Positions 53,762-64,000 of a stretch of 64,000 bases of DNA are shown here, piece after piece. This stretch comes from Trichosphaerium sp. ATCC 40318 (Eukaryota; Protista; Tubulinea): positions 1-64,000 of the forward strand of contig JALMLS010000489.1 in the NCBI GenBank assembly GCA_038496445.1, in the 5' to 3' direction. Below the pieces are notes generated by a model. It had not been told where the DNA came from and searched no databases. It saw only the letters and a list, made by a program, of their open reading frames with translations. Positions within the stretch are counted from its first letter, which is position 1. Each line of letters opens with the position of its first letter. The position numbers and the translations under genes were made by a program.

Positions 53762-56700
53762 CGTGATAGTAACTTTGTCAACTTTTTTTGTCAATATTTA
53801 CGATGTTGTCAACTTTGTTACAAAATGCTGTAAAAATTATTTTCAGCACGCACAGCCAGAAACAACGTATTTGAGTTGAAAATACAAAGTGATGCCCGAT
53901 TTAGAAAAAACACGTGTTGGGTTTTTTTTTTGCTTTAAATGTACCATGTGGTTTTACACGTATCTCACATGGTATGTACTACTACACCTTAAACAGTACA
54001 TAGTGATGCATTTTGCACATTTTTAACCCGTTTAAGGTTTTTATTTCACAACAGCAGCATATTGTACTGTAAGAGAGTTGTTGCGCGTAGAAAAGCATAG
54101 TGTAGGTACTTGCGAGATGGTTTACTTTATTATCTTTTGATTTTGCCCCATACTTTTTTACAATTGGTGAAATATGTCTACAGTGCTTCTAACATACCAC
54201 GAGATATCAATAGTTACTTTTTTGTAACATGGGAGGTAAGTATAACAAAAATCTGTAAACAACTTCAAGAAGTGTATACACAGCCTTGAACATTGTGTTA
54301 TGAGCGTTTGAAAGATCCTACATCACTTAACAAGCCATACTTACTATTTGTGTTTGATGTTGGACGCTAATGAGCCACCATTACGGCCAGCAATACCATC
54401 AATAGGTAACATCAAGCTGCTTGCATGGAACCAAGGAAACAACCCTGTTTTTTATTGTTCAAAAGAGAAAAAGTGGGCTCGACAATATAGTCACATACGC
54501 CATGCAAACACACACAAAGGGATTACATGGTATTACCGTTGCAAAAGACGCGGGATTTGTACAGCTAAGTTACAGATTGTCTCAAGAGCTGGTAAAGACG
54601 CTGAACATGCTCAAGTGTTGGATATCAGACAAACAGAAGGTACTATAAACAACAACAGTTTAATTGAAGTTTAAAATAACCAAAATTGTTAGGGCATTCT
54701 CTACAGTGCCTCCCTATTCCCGTTCATAAATTAAAACTTGGAACTGGCGCAAAAACTAGCATTAAAAAAGATCTGGCACGCAAAATACCAAAACGAAGTG
54801 TGGTATTTCGAAAAATGACATCAGCATCTATCACTAATTGTTTTTATGTACTAGTATAAAGCTTTTTTACAAGATGAATCTAAAGATCCTCTTAATGGCT
54901 ATGAGGTACCTAACGCTAATAACATGGCATACCTGGCGCGTAGAGTGCACCACGAAAAGGATATGCACCATGAGGTATTGGTTTTTTATTATGCTTGGAT
55001 TAACATGCCCACAGGTTTACTCAAACATTCGGATGATGTACCCCGAATCATCTAGAATTGTTCAAGCCACAAATGATGTAATATCATTTGTCGAGCCAGA
55101 TTGTGACAAAAAAATACGCAACCTTGATACCAGTGTCCTCTTTGTTGATGGCACCTTTGGCATTGCGGATATTAACGCTCAAGTACGTGTAGTAAAAGTA
55201 AACAAGATTTTTTAGCTCATATATTTTACTTTAGGTTTTGTTTTTTTGGGTAAAGGCTGTTGGTGAACACTACACCAAAGGAACTTGTATTAGCTTTGCC
55301 ATTATGAAGAATAAAACACTGGCAGAGTATGAATACGCGTTTATGCACCTAAAGAGTGTATGTGGTGCTCCTTTTGAGCGTTTGATGACTGACGGAGAGA
55401 CAAACATGAAAAGAGGTACTTTTTTTGCCAACATTTGTTTTACAACTAGTAATATTTGTTTAGCCGCTACAAATGTACTGGGACCCTTAAAAATAGCCCA
55501 GTGTATTTACCATATAGCAGAAGCTCATAGACGAAGGCGAGCAAGGCTAGGATTGAAAAAAGAAGGGCGTGAAGAAGAGAATAGATGGTGTAAGCTTGTT
55601 TCTTCTGAGCTGATATACGAAAAAAATGAGAAAGCATTCTATCGTAAATGGCACGCCTTTAAAAAAGAAGTGATTGAGAAGAGCGATGACTGCAAACAAT
55701 TTATTAAATACTTAGCTAATACTTACATTGAGGTTGCAAACGAAATAACCGAGTACACTACATAATTCATACCACAACCTTTTTCTTATTTTTTCCTTAC
55801 TTTTCGTTTTAAACTTTTTTTTTTACTAGCTCTCCTCCATCTACTTGGGCTCTTTGGACTGTTAAGAATACGCCTTGGAAGCACTGTCGAACGAATAATA
55901 TCAGTGAGGGCAACAACTGCGATGTCAAGAATGTGTTAACATTTGAGGGTACTACTAAGCGAGCTTGTGATGTTGTGTTTTCTTCTCTGGCAAACTATGC
56001 AAAGTGCAGCTTAAAGGATGGCATGCGTACAGTAGAAGGAATACCTGTTGGCACTCCCAAAGCTGTCACAGAGAAGAGGCGCAAAGAGCAAGCTGAGAAA
56101 ATCAGAAAGCGGTGCATGTGCTAATGCTACATTAATTTTTGCTTATAATGTTGTTTAGTGAAACGGCTTAATACTCCGCTGCTAAAATTAAAAGCACAAC
56201 AAAAAGCTGCGAGAGAAGCTAAAGAAGCTAAAAGAATCCAAAAAGAAAAAAAACAACGCCTTCAACATAACCAACGCCTTACAGTGCCATTAAAGGTTAG
56301 AATCTTGGTAAATTTAAGCTATTAACTTTGCTCATAGCTTCGAAAGAATAAAACAATCATAATCAAAAAAAAATCAATGAAAAAATACCTTGCTACCAAA
56401 CTTTAATAAACTTCATTTCCTCCTCTATTGTGGCGTTTACTTGTAGCTGATGAGATGCCTGTAGTATATATATAAACGGTGAAGTTCTTGGTTTGTTTTT
56501 AAATAGCTTAGTTGTGGTTCAGGGCTTCATTTCTACCAACTACTTACTGATTTTTTGGTCAACTTTCTGTCAACTTTTTGTGTCAGCAATTATTACTGTA
56601 GGTATTTCATGAAACGTAATATTAAAGGTCTTTCAACCTAAGCAATATATATGTGCTTCGCAGGATATGCTTTGTTAATAATAAAAAAACAGCTGAAGAG

Positions 56701-56767
56701 GTTGAGAACAGGTTCACAGAAAGTTGACAAAAAAAAATTGACAGAAGTTGACATATTACCTGTCACC
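53762..56767 (+). mobile_element. Mutator-like (MULE) DNA transposon, second family
   Basis: 8-bp TSD TTTTTATC (53754-53761, 56768-56775). Imperfect TIRs with GTCAACT subterminal repeats. The empty site is seen in the paralog near 62150. Confidence 0.9.
54348..56410 (+). CDS. MULE transposase (intron-containing)
   Basis: WYYRCKRRGICTAKL..H zinc finger (FLYWCH/WRKY-like), LFVDGTF, MTDGE, QCIYH and TNNISEG. Ends are approximate. Confidence 0.85.
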
Positions 56768-57665
56768 TTTTTATCAGGTCGTCAAGGCGCTGCACATAAC
56801 ATCTGGGTTGATGACAGTTGCCGTGTCATGTATGTGACACACGAGCGTATAAACGAGCCAATCACTGTATTGGAACACACAACCAAAATGTACACATACA
56901 TTGATATTCAACTACTAAGCATACTAATACTGCTAAGATCTTGGATCACTTACATCAAACCAGTTCCAAGGCACACTTCCTCATAATGTGCTTGTCAAAG
57001 ATGATATTCTTTGGGCAGCTTTTTACAGTGAAGGTACCTCATATCACATGTTAAGATCAACTTTTTGTAAAGCGAGAAAATAGGTGTGATTGCTTGGAAT
57101 ATCACAACACCTGATAAACCAACACTTCTTGCTCATTATCAAACATCTAAAATTGAACGTAAGACCACACCTGCCTAACACCCAGTAGCAATTTATACTG
57201 ATATTTTTACTACTTTAGGCGGACTTGCTGGAGTTTGGGGAGTGTATCCTTTCGCAAAGTCTGGCTATGTGTATGCATCGGACATAGAAGAAGGTACAGG
57301 AGATTTGCAATCAAGTGATTTCTTTAATAAATAGCACTCATGTAGGGCTTTTTGTGATGGAGTTGGTTGATTCTGAACCTATTGAAGAAGTCAAAGAAGA
57401 AAACTACAAGAGTACGTATTTTTATTAATCACGACATTAGTCTTCTTTGTACTTATACTATCTTAACAGCACTCTCTATTGTTCTTGGAGTGGTTAGCTT
57501 ATTACTTCTCTTTGCGTTAATACTTGCAATCATTATGTACTGGAAAAAGAGACCATACAAACGTGTTTAGATAATAAACTACATTTAGTTTATAATTAAA
57601 CATTAAGAACAATTGATTTCTTGCCACTTGTTAATTTCTTGAAATATTCTTACTTAGTCCTTTGT

Positions 57666-59666
57666 TTAAGAAGAAACCCTCAGCTGACCATCAGAGTTCC
57701 ATAGTTTTTCTACTCCTTCTTGATAATCATTTTTGTGATGACACTGCATACTTAGTTGACCATTTTCGTGCCACTCTTTGTGTTCACCTTCAAGTTTATC
57801 ATCTTTGTAAAACGCTTGCTCCCTTAATTGACCACTTTCATACCACTCTTTGTATTCACCTTCACGCTTGTCATCTTTAAAATAGACTTGCCATTTTAAT
57901 TGACCACTTTCATACCACTCGTTAGCTTCACCTTCTTTCTTGCCAGCATTGAAAGAGCAATTGAACGACAACTTACCGCTTTCATACATCTCTTTGTATT
58001 CGCCTACGTTTTTGTCTTCTTTGAAGTATCCTTGTGCACTTAATTGACCATTTTCATGCCACTCTTTGGCTTCACCCTCTTTTTTATCATCTCTATAATG
58101 GCAGTGTCCATTTAATTTACCATTTTTATGCCACTGTTTATATTCACCTTCTTTCTTGCCACTTTTGTTATAATATTGCATGCGGAGCTGTCCATTATCA
58201 TACCACTCTATGCATTCACCATCAATATTATTTTCTTTGAAACAACGTTGTATGCTCAATTGACCGTTTTCATACCAAACTTTTGCTTCACCTTCCAACT
58301 TGCCGTTTTCATAATGCTTAAGGGATTCCATATTTCCATTTTCATGCCAGTTTGTAAGGATTCCTTCGTTTTTACCATCTTTGTAGAATCCTATTACCCT
58401 TACTTGACCGCTTTTATGCCATTCTGTGGACTTGCCATCTTTCTTTCCATCTTTGAAATAGCATTGTATACACAATTGACTGTTCTCATAGTATTCTTTC
58501 GCTTCTCCTTCAAACTTATCATCCTTAAAGTTAAAGACTTCCTTTAGTTTTCCGTTTGGATGCCATGTTTTGGCTCCACCTTGTGCTTTGTCGTTATGAT
58601 AACAGAAACGTTCCTTTAGTTGACCGTTTACATGCCACATCTTGTGTTCACCTTCTCTTTTATCATCTTTGTAAAAGAGTTGATCTTTTAATTGACCACT
58701 CTCATACCACTCTTTGCATTCACCTTCGCGCTTGTCATCTTTTAAATAGACTTGTTGTTTTAATTGACCACTCTCATACCACGTTTTAGCTTCACCTTCT
58801 TTCTTGCCAGCATTGAAAGTGCAATTGAACGACAACTTACCACTTTCATACATCTCTTTGTGTTCACCTTCTTTCTTGCCTTCTTTGAAATAGCATAGTT
58901 GACTTAATTTACCATTTTGATGCCACTGTCTATATTCACCTTCTTTCTTGCCATCTTTAACATAGCACTGAGCTTTTTTAATTCCATTTTCATAATACTC
59001 TGTGTAGTCACCCACCATCACGTTATTCTTATAATGACAAAGATGAGTCAAACTTCCATTCTCACTCCATTGCTTGCACTCTCCTTCTGCTTGTCCGTCT
59101 TTAAAATGGACTATGGAGGAGAGAGTACCATTTTCATGCCAAATCTTGTGATCACCTTGTTCTTTACCATCATCATCGTAGCAACATTGAGCGTGCAACT
59201 GACTATTTTCATAAAACTCTTCTACTAGCCCTTTCTTTTTCCCGTTTTTGTAACTACGCCGTAATACCTTATTACTGTTTTCATAATACTCCTGTTTAAA
59301 AACGGTTAGGAAAAAAAGCACGTGACAAAACTAAAATGAATGAAGGTTCTTAAACATTAGGAGAATAGTGCCGCCGTACTTGTTCTATTTCTTGTACAAA
59401 ATTATCTCGAGGCTTAGTGGAGTAGAATCTCAAAGGAGAATACAAAATCGTCTCACGTGGGGTATGTACATGGGCGCAATACGATAAGCCATAAAATGGT
59501 GATATATTGTTTTCTCTTAGCGTAGTTCTAGATTTAAATTGTCGTTCCACAAAACCCTTTTTATACCTACTGCACGTGGTTCTAGGCAGTGAGGCTACAA
59601 TAAATGACCCTAAAAAATAGGTAAGTTACAATCTTACTGAGGTCGTTGTTACATACGCTGTAGCAT
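57666..59666 (-). CDS. MORN2/YwqK-type repeat protein with mitochondrial-presequence-like leader
   Basis: Spliced N-terminus MLQRSFIVASLPRTTCSRYKKG...RFYST, followed by about 22 24-aa repeats. Confidence 0.85.
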
Positions 59667-60264
59667 TGCGTCGTTTTTACGAAATTTGATTAACTGCGTT
59701 AGTAAATTTGGTGAGTTTAGTAAACTACTTGACTTCATGAGAATCCCTTGATGATTGTTTCTAAATCACGATATAAAGTTAAAGCTCAGCTGGAAGGAGA
59801 ACTAGCTTATCCAACCTTTGGGAATGTGATCCACGTTTTGGTAGGAGGAATTATGACTTTGCACTAGCACGTGATTTTAAAAACCTCACTTGCGATCCTA
59901 AAACGAAGTTGTCTACCATCTAAACCACCTTTATTAACTTTGTTTTTGCATCCTCACTGTTCCACAATAAGAAAGTGATAATGACTGCCATATGGCTTTT
60001 ATAATGCTTGAATTTTAGTGGTCGCAGTAAAGAAAACACGCAAATTGCATTTCAACTTAAAAATGGGATTCACTCATTTCTTGTGGCTTGCCTGAAGATT
60101 TCTACTTCATATAATTTATGCACTTATCACTAAAAACAAGTGCCACCATTACGGTAATACAATAAGTATGAAGTTTTATGTCATCTGTTTGACAGAGCAC
60201 TTTTTTCGGGTGATTTTTGCCGTTAAGTCATTGTTACGGGTATTGACAACTCAGAGTGGTAACA

Positions 60265-62983
60265 ATGAGCAAGCAATATGGGATCACTTTGTTGATCTGT
60301 TGTCTTTGTATGTCACTATCAAGTACGTAAATGCTTCAAAAACAGTAAAAAACCGCCACATTCTTAAAAAACTCACTAGTTCTCGCCCAAAACGTTGAAG
60401 GGCTTCCAAAGTCTCTAGAGGTTAAAGGTAACCTCAAATACTCTTTTATCCTTGAAGACGATCCAGCCAATGCCTGTAAGTATACAGAAGAACCTTGCGC
60501 TGAACTAAGCGATATTTGGTACGCTAAATCAAAAGTTCGATACCTTTTCGTTATTTTCCAAATTAGATGTCACGTGACTTTTCTAAATCAAAAAAGGGGA
60601 TACGATTTTGAAGAGGATGGTGTCACTCATTACTTTGCTATTGTTGGTGTGACCAACGGTGTTGATATTGTGGATGTGACAAACCCAACTGAACCAAAAC
60701 GAGTCAAGTTTTTGAAAGGATGTATTAACATGTGGAGAGATATGAAAGAGTGCGTCTTGTTTTTTGTTACCGTTCTCTGTGGCCCACGTGGTCTCTGACA
60801 AAAATACCCAAACCTCATTGTTTACGTTTTGATAGTTACGGTACTACTATCTATGGTATTTCTGAATACACACAGACATGCGCATGTCCTGAAGGTAACG
60901 TTAGCTGCGTTACAATTGCTGACGTATTTTACCAAGGCACACCTTGTTTGGAACACATGGAAATTACTTCACCACCTGAAGTTGCAGGAACATACCAAAT
61001 GACTGAAGGAAGACAAACACCTCAACTTGAAAGAGTTGGTCCTATCGTAAGTAAAATATGTCTCATTTTTTTTTTGTGTTAATTTCCTTGTCAAGAATGG
61101 CAAGCTAGTATCCGCTGAACCACGTGATGATAAAGCATGTGATTTTATTTCGAATGGCGTTGAGCTTTTGGGAAATATCGCTATTATTGATGCTGGTGAT
61201 TGCGGTTACGCAATTAAGATAATCAACGCTCAAAATGCGGGTTAGCTTTCTTTTTAGTTGATATTCTTTCTTACTATTTTTGTGTTCAGGTGCTATTGCT
61301 GTTGTAATACATAACGATAAAGATGATATTATCTACCCAGGTATGGGTGGTTGGGCAGCGTACCATGACAACATAACCATCCCAGGTACACGCATTAATT
61401 CCAGGTCAATGATTCTAACATAATTTTTCTTTGTCAATAGCCGTTATGATTGGTTTAGATGATGGTGACTTACTCCGTCAATATGATGGTGTAGAAATTG
61501 TTCTTGATGCTAGCAACAGAAACTTTTCTGATTTATTTTCTCCTCCTGAAGGTACTTACAAAGCCAAAAGATATGAACTAACGCTTGGGTTTTTAAAGGA
61601 ATTACAATTATCGACATGTCCGATCCTTGGGACCCAAAGATCAACCAAACGTTCACAGATCAATTTATGCATTCTCACAATGTCTATGTTGAAGAAGATA
61701 GACCTTTTATGTACGCCAATGACTTTTAAAGTTAAACGTACCAATTCTGCTTTTTTCAGGTATGTTTGTGGTCCTTCAAATGGTAAGTACAAAGAAGGTG
61801 CAGAATCATGGGATTACGTGGCAAACGGTGGATTGGTCATTTATGATGTCAAAAGTATGATTCCACAATATCTTACAGAGTGGAATGAGACATACATACA
61901 CGATATGATGGTATGAAACAGAACATTTTCATCGTTTCTTTGACCCTAACAACAAAAGGTAAAAAAATGTGGTGAGGTGTACTATCTCTATGGTGCTGCC
62001 ATATCAGATGACGACATTTATGTCTGGGATGTGACAGATCCACTTAATATGGTCCAAGTCCTACATTTCCAAGGTACAGTTTAGCACGTGATAAGATAGT
62101 GCTTTTCTGTCATCCAGCATAGCGGAAATGAATTTCTGCTTTTTAATCGTTTTCATCAGGTCGTCAAGGCGCTGCACATAACATCTGGGTTGATGACAGT
62201 TGCCGTGTCATGTATGTGACACACGAGCGTATAAACGAGCCGATCACTGTATGGAAAATGTTTGATACACCAGAAGGCGAAATTGATTGGAACACACAAC
62301 CAAAATGTACACATACATGATATTCAACTACTAAGCATACTAATACTGCTAAGATCTTGGATCACTTACATCAAACCAGTTCCAAGGCACACTTCCTCAT
62401 AATGTGCTTGTCAAAGATGATATTCTTTGGGCAGCTTTTTACAGTGAAGGTACCTCATATCACATGTTAAGATCAACTTTTTGTAAAACGAGAAAATAGG
62501 TGTGATTGCTTGGAATATCACAACACCTGATAAACCAACACTTCTTGCTCACTATCAAACATCTAAAATTGAAAGTAAGGCCAGGTAGCATTTTCTTTCG
62601 TCTGATCTTTTGTGCTTTAGGCGGACTCGCTGGAGTTTGGGGAGTGTATCCTTTCGCAAAGTCTGGCTATGTGTATGCATCGGACATGCAAGAAGGTACA
62701 GGAGATTAATCACGTTATATCGCGTATCACGTGATTTTTCTTTATTGATGTGTTGTAGGTCTTTTTGTGATGGAGTTGGTTGATTCTGAACCTATTGAAG
62801 AAGTCAAAGAAGAAAACTACAAGAGTACGTATTTTTATTAATCACGACATTATTCTTCTTTGTACTTATACTATCTTAACAGCGCTCTCTATTGTTCTTG
62901 GAGTGGTTGGCTTATTACTTCTCTTTGCGTTAATACTTGCAATCATTATGTACTGGAAAAAGACGCCATACAAACGCGTTTAG
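60265..62983 (+). CDS. choice-of-anchor-B/LVIVD-like protein with inserted PA domain, signal peptide and C-terminal TM
   Basis: SDIWGY..GVDIVDVTNP..WRDMK. PA domain ACD..IAIIDAGDCGYAIKIINAQNAGAIAVVIHN. HSHNV, YIHD, AHNIW, PHNV and WGVYPF..YASD, then a TM and basic tail. Confidence 0.85.
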
Positions 62984-63322
62984 ACAATAAACTTCATTTA
63001 GTTCACATTCAGTTTTTGGTTACAACCAAAAATAACCTTTTTGACAAAAATTGCTGATGGTAATCTCGCTACTATCTATTTTACACAAGCCAAATTAACA
63101 ATTAAATTCACCTTTTTTCGTTTTTGAAAGTGACTTTCTTGTTGAGGAACATGGCCTTTTTGGTTAACTATTTGCTTTGAATTTATTTGGCACACGCAGT
63201 TGAAACGCTGTCTTTGTTTGAAAGGATAATAAATAGGAGTTTTGTGTTAGAAGACTGAGGTGAAACGAGATATTTCGAATTCACAAAAGGTGCCATGATA
63301 CAAATTCAGGTTCATACAAGAG

Positions 63323-64000
63323 ATGAAGCTCTTTGTATTGTTTTTAATAACTGCCTCTTTGCTCTACGCTGAAGATGTGTTTCTGAAGGGTGTTGACGTT
63401 CCTGAGTTCGTCATGGAGGATGTGGATACGATTAAACGAAAGCTAGACGCTTATGATGCGTCATTGGATACTTCTTGTATAACAGATGGCTTGTACAAAG
63501 AAATGTACGTTTAATTCTGTACTGTAGCTCTCTCTAACTTCTCAAGGGCATTAATGGCATACAAAACGGCGTCGGAAGTGATGGAAGTTGAAGTTTGTGG
63601 CTCCGATGTCAATGGTATTTCAAACACCGCAGACAGTGTCGACGGCTGTGAAGTACGTTATTGTTACTATATGATTGTGTTTTAATGGCCCATAATGAAG
63701 GTTATGTACAAACCCCATCCACAAGACGAATGTGTTATTGTGCGTATGCCTGCTAGTATTGATGATATGAAAACTCTATGCTCCATGCCTGTGGTAGAAA
63801 AAATACAGCCAAGATCAGTAAGCCAAAAACTTTACACATAAAAATAACTTTTTTTTGCTTGGCATAAAAAATAGTCACGTGATTTTTTCAAAGTACCCAA
63901 ATACGTAGTAGATTGTTCGAAAATCTCGCTTCTATTTCAGGTTATGGTTTGTGTACCATATCATTCACAGCGAGCGAGGGAGGTTTAAATAAAGATGATT
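63323..64000 (+). CDS. secreted hypothetical protein (runs off window)
   Basis: Signal peptide MKLFVLFLITASLLYA followed by spliced coding exons. Confidence 0.6.

Larger units (their letters stand above)
51866..57570 (+). pseudogene. choice-of-anchor-B/LVIVD-like + PA domain + TM protein, disrupted copy
   Basis: Paralog of 60265-62983. Carries a MULE insertion in an intron, a 1-nt deletion near 53411 and a 35-nt deletion near 56870; both deletions shift the frame. Confidence 0.85.

Overview
This is gene-dense, AT-rich eukaryotic DNA with many short introns (mostly about 45-90 nt, CTAAC-type branch points) and the standard genetic code plus UGA read as selenocysteine. The gene set (Frizzled/Smoothened-like 7TM, deiodinase-like selenoprotein, Zn2Cys6 factor, F-box+MORN and F-box+LRR proteins) suggests an amoebozoan-like protist; this is inference. 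About 25 genes can be reconstructed by eye. Clear ones include a Cu(I) P1B-ATPase, METAP2, a tRNA isopentenyltransferase, ASF1, a diacylglycerol lipase, a macrodomain protein and an alpha/beta hydrolase. A duplicated PA-domain choice-of-anchor-B-like gene is present, with one copy pseudogenised. Mobile DNA comprises two intron-containing Mutator-like (MULE) transposons with TIRs and TSDs, a TTAA-flanked element nested in one of them, a cluster of three TAGAG-ended TIR elements (one clearly hAT-like) and a long-TIR MITE. The most notable observations are four. (1) A deiodinase selenoprotein whose UGA codon is created only by splicing, with a well-formed type II SECIS. (2) Two genes for apparently mitochondrion-targeted proteins built from an ~68-aa 'DWY' repeat that I cannot assign to a named family, one ending in a PD-(D/E)xK/RAP-like nuclease domain. 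(3) Two MORN2/YwqK-repeat proteins with hidden mitochondrial presequence exons. (4) Strong window-wide, largely intronic enrichment of (T)CACGTG(A), which also supplies GC splice donors. All exon models were made by hand and no database searches were run.
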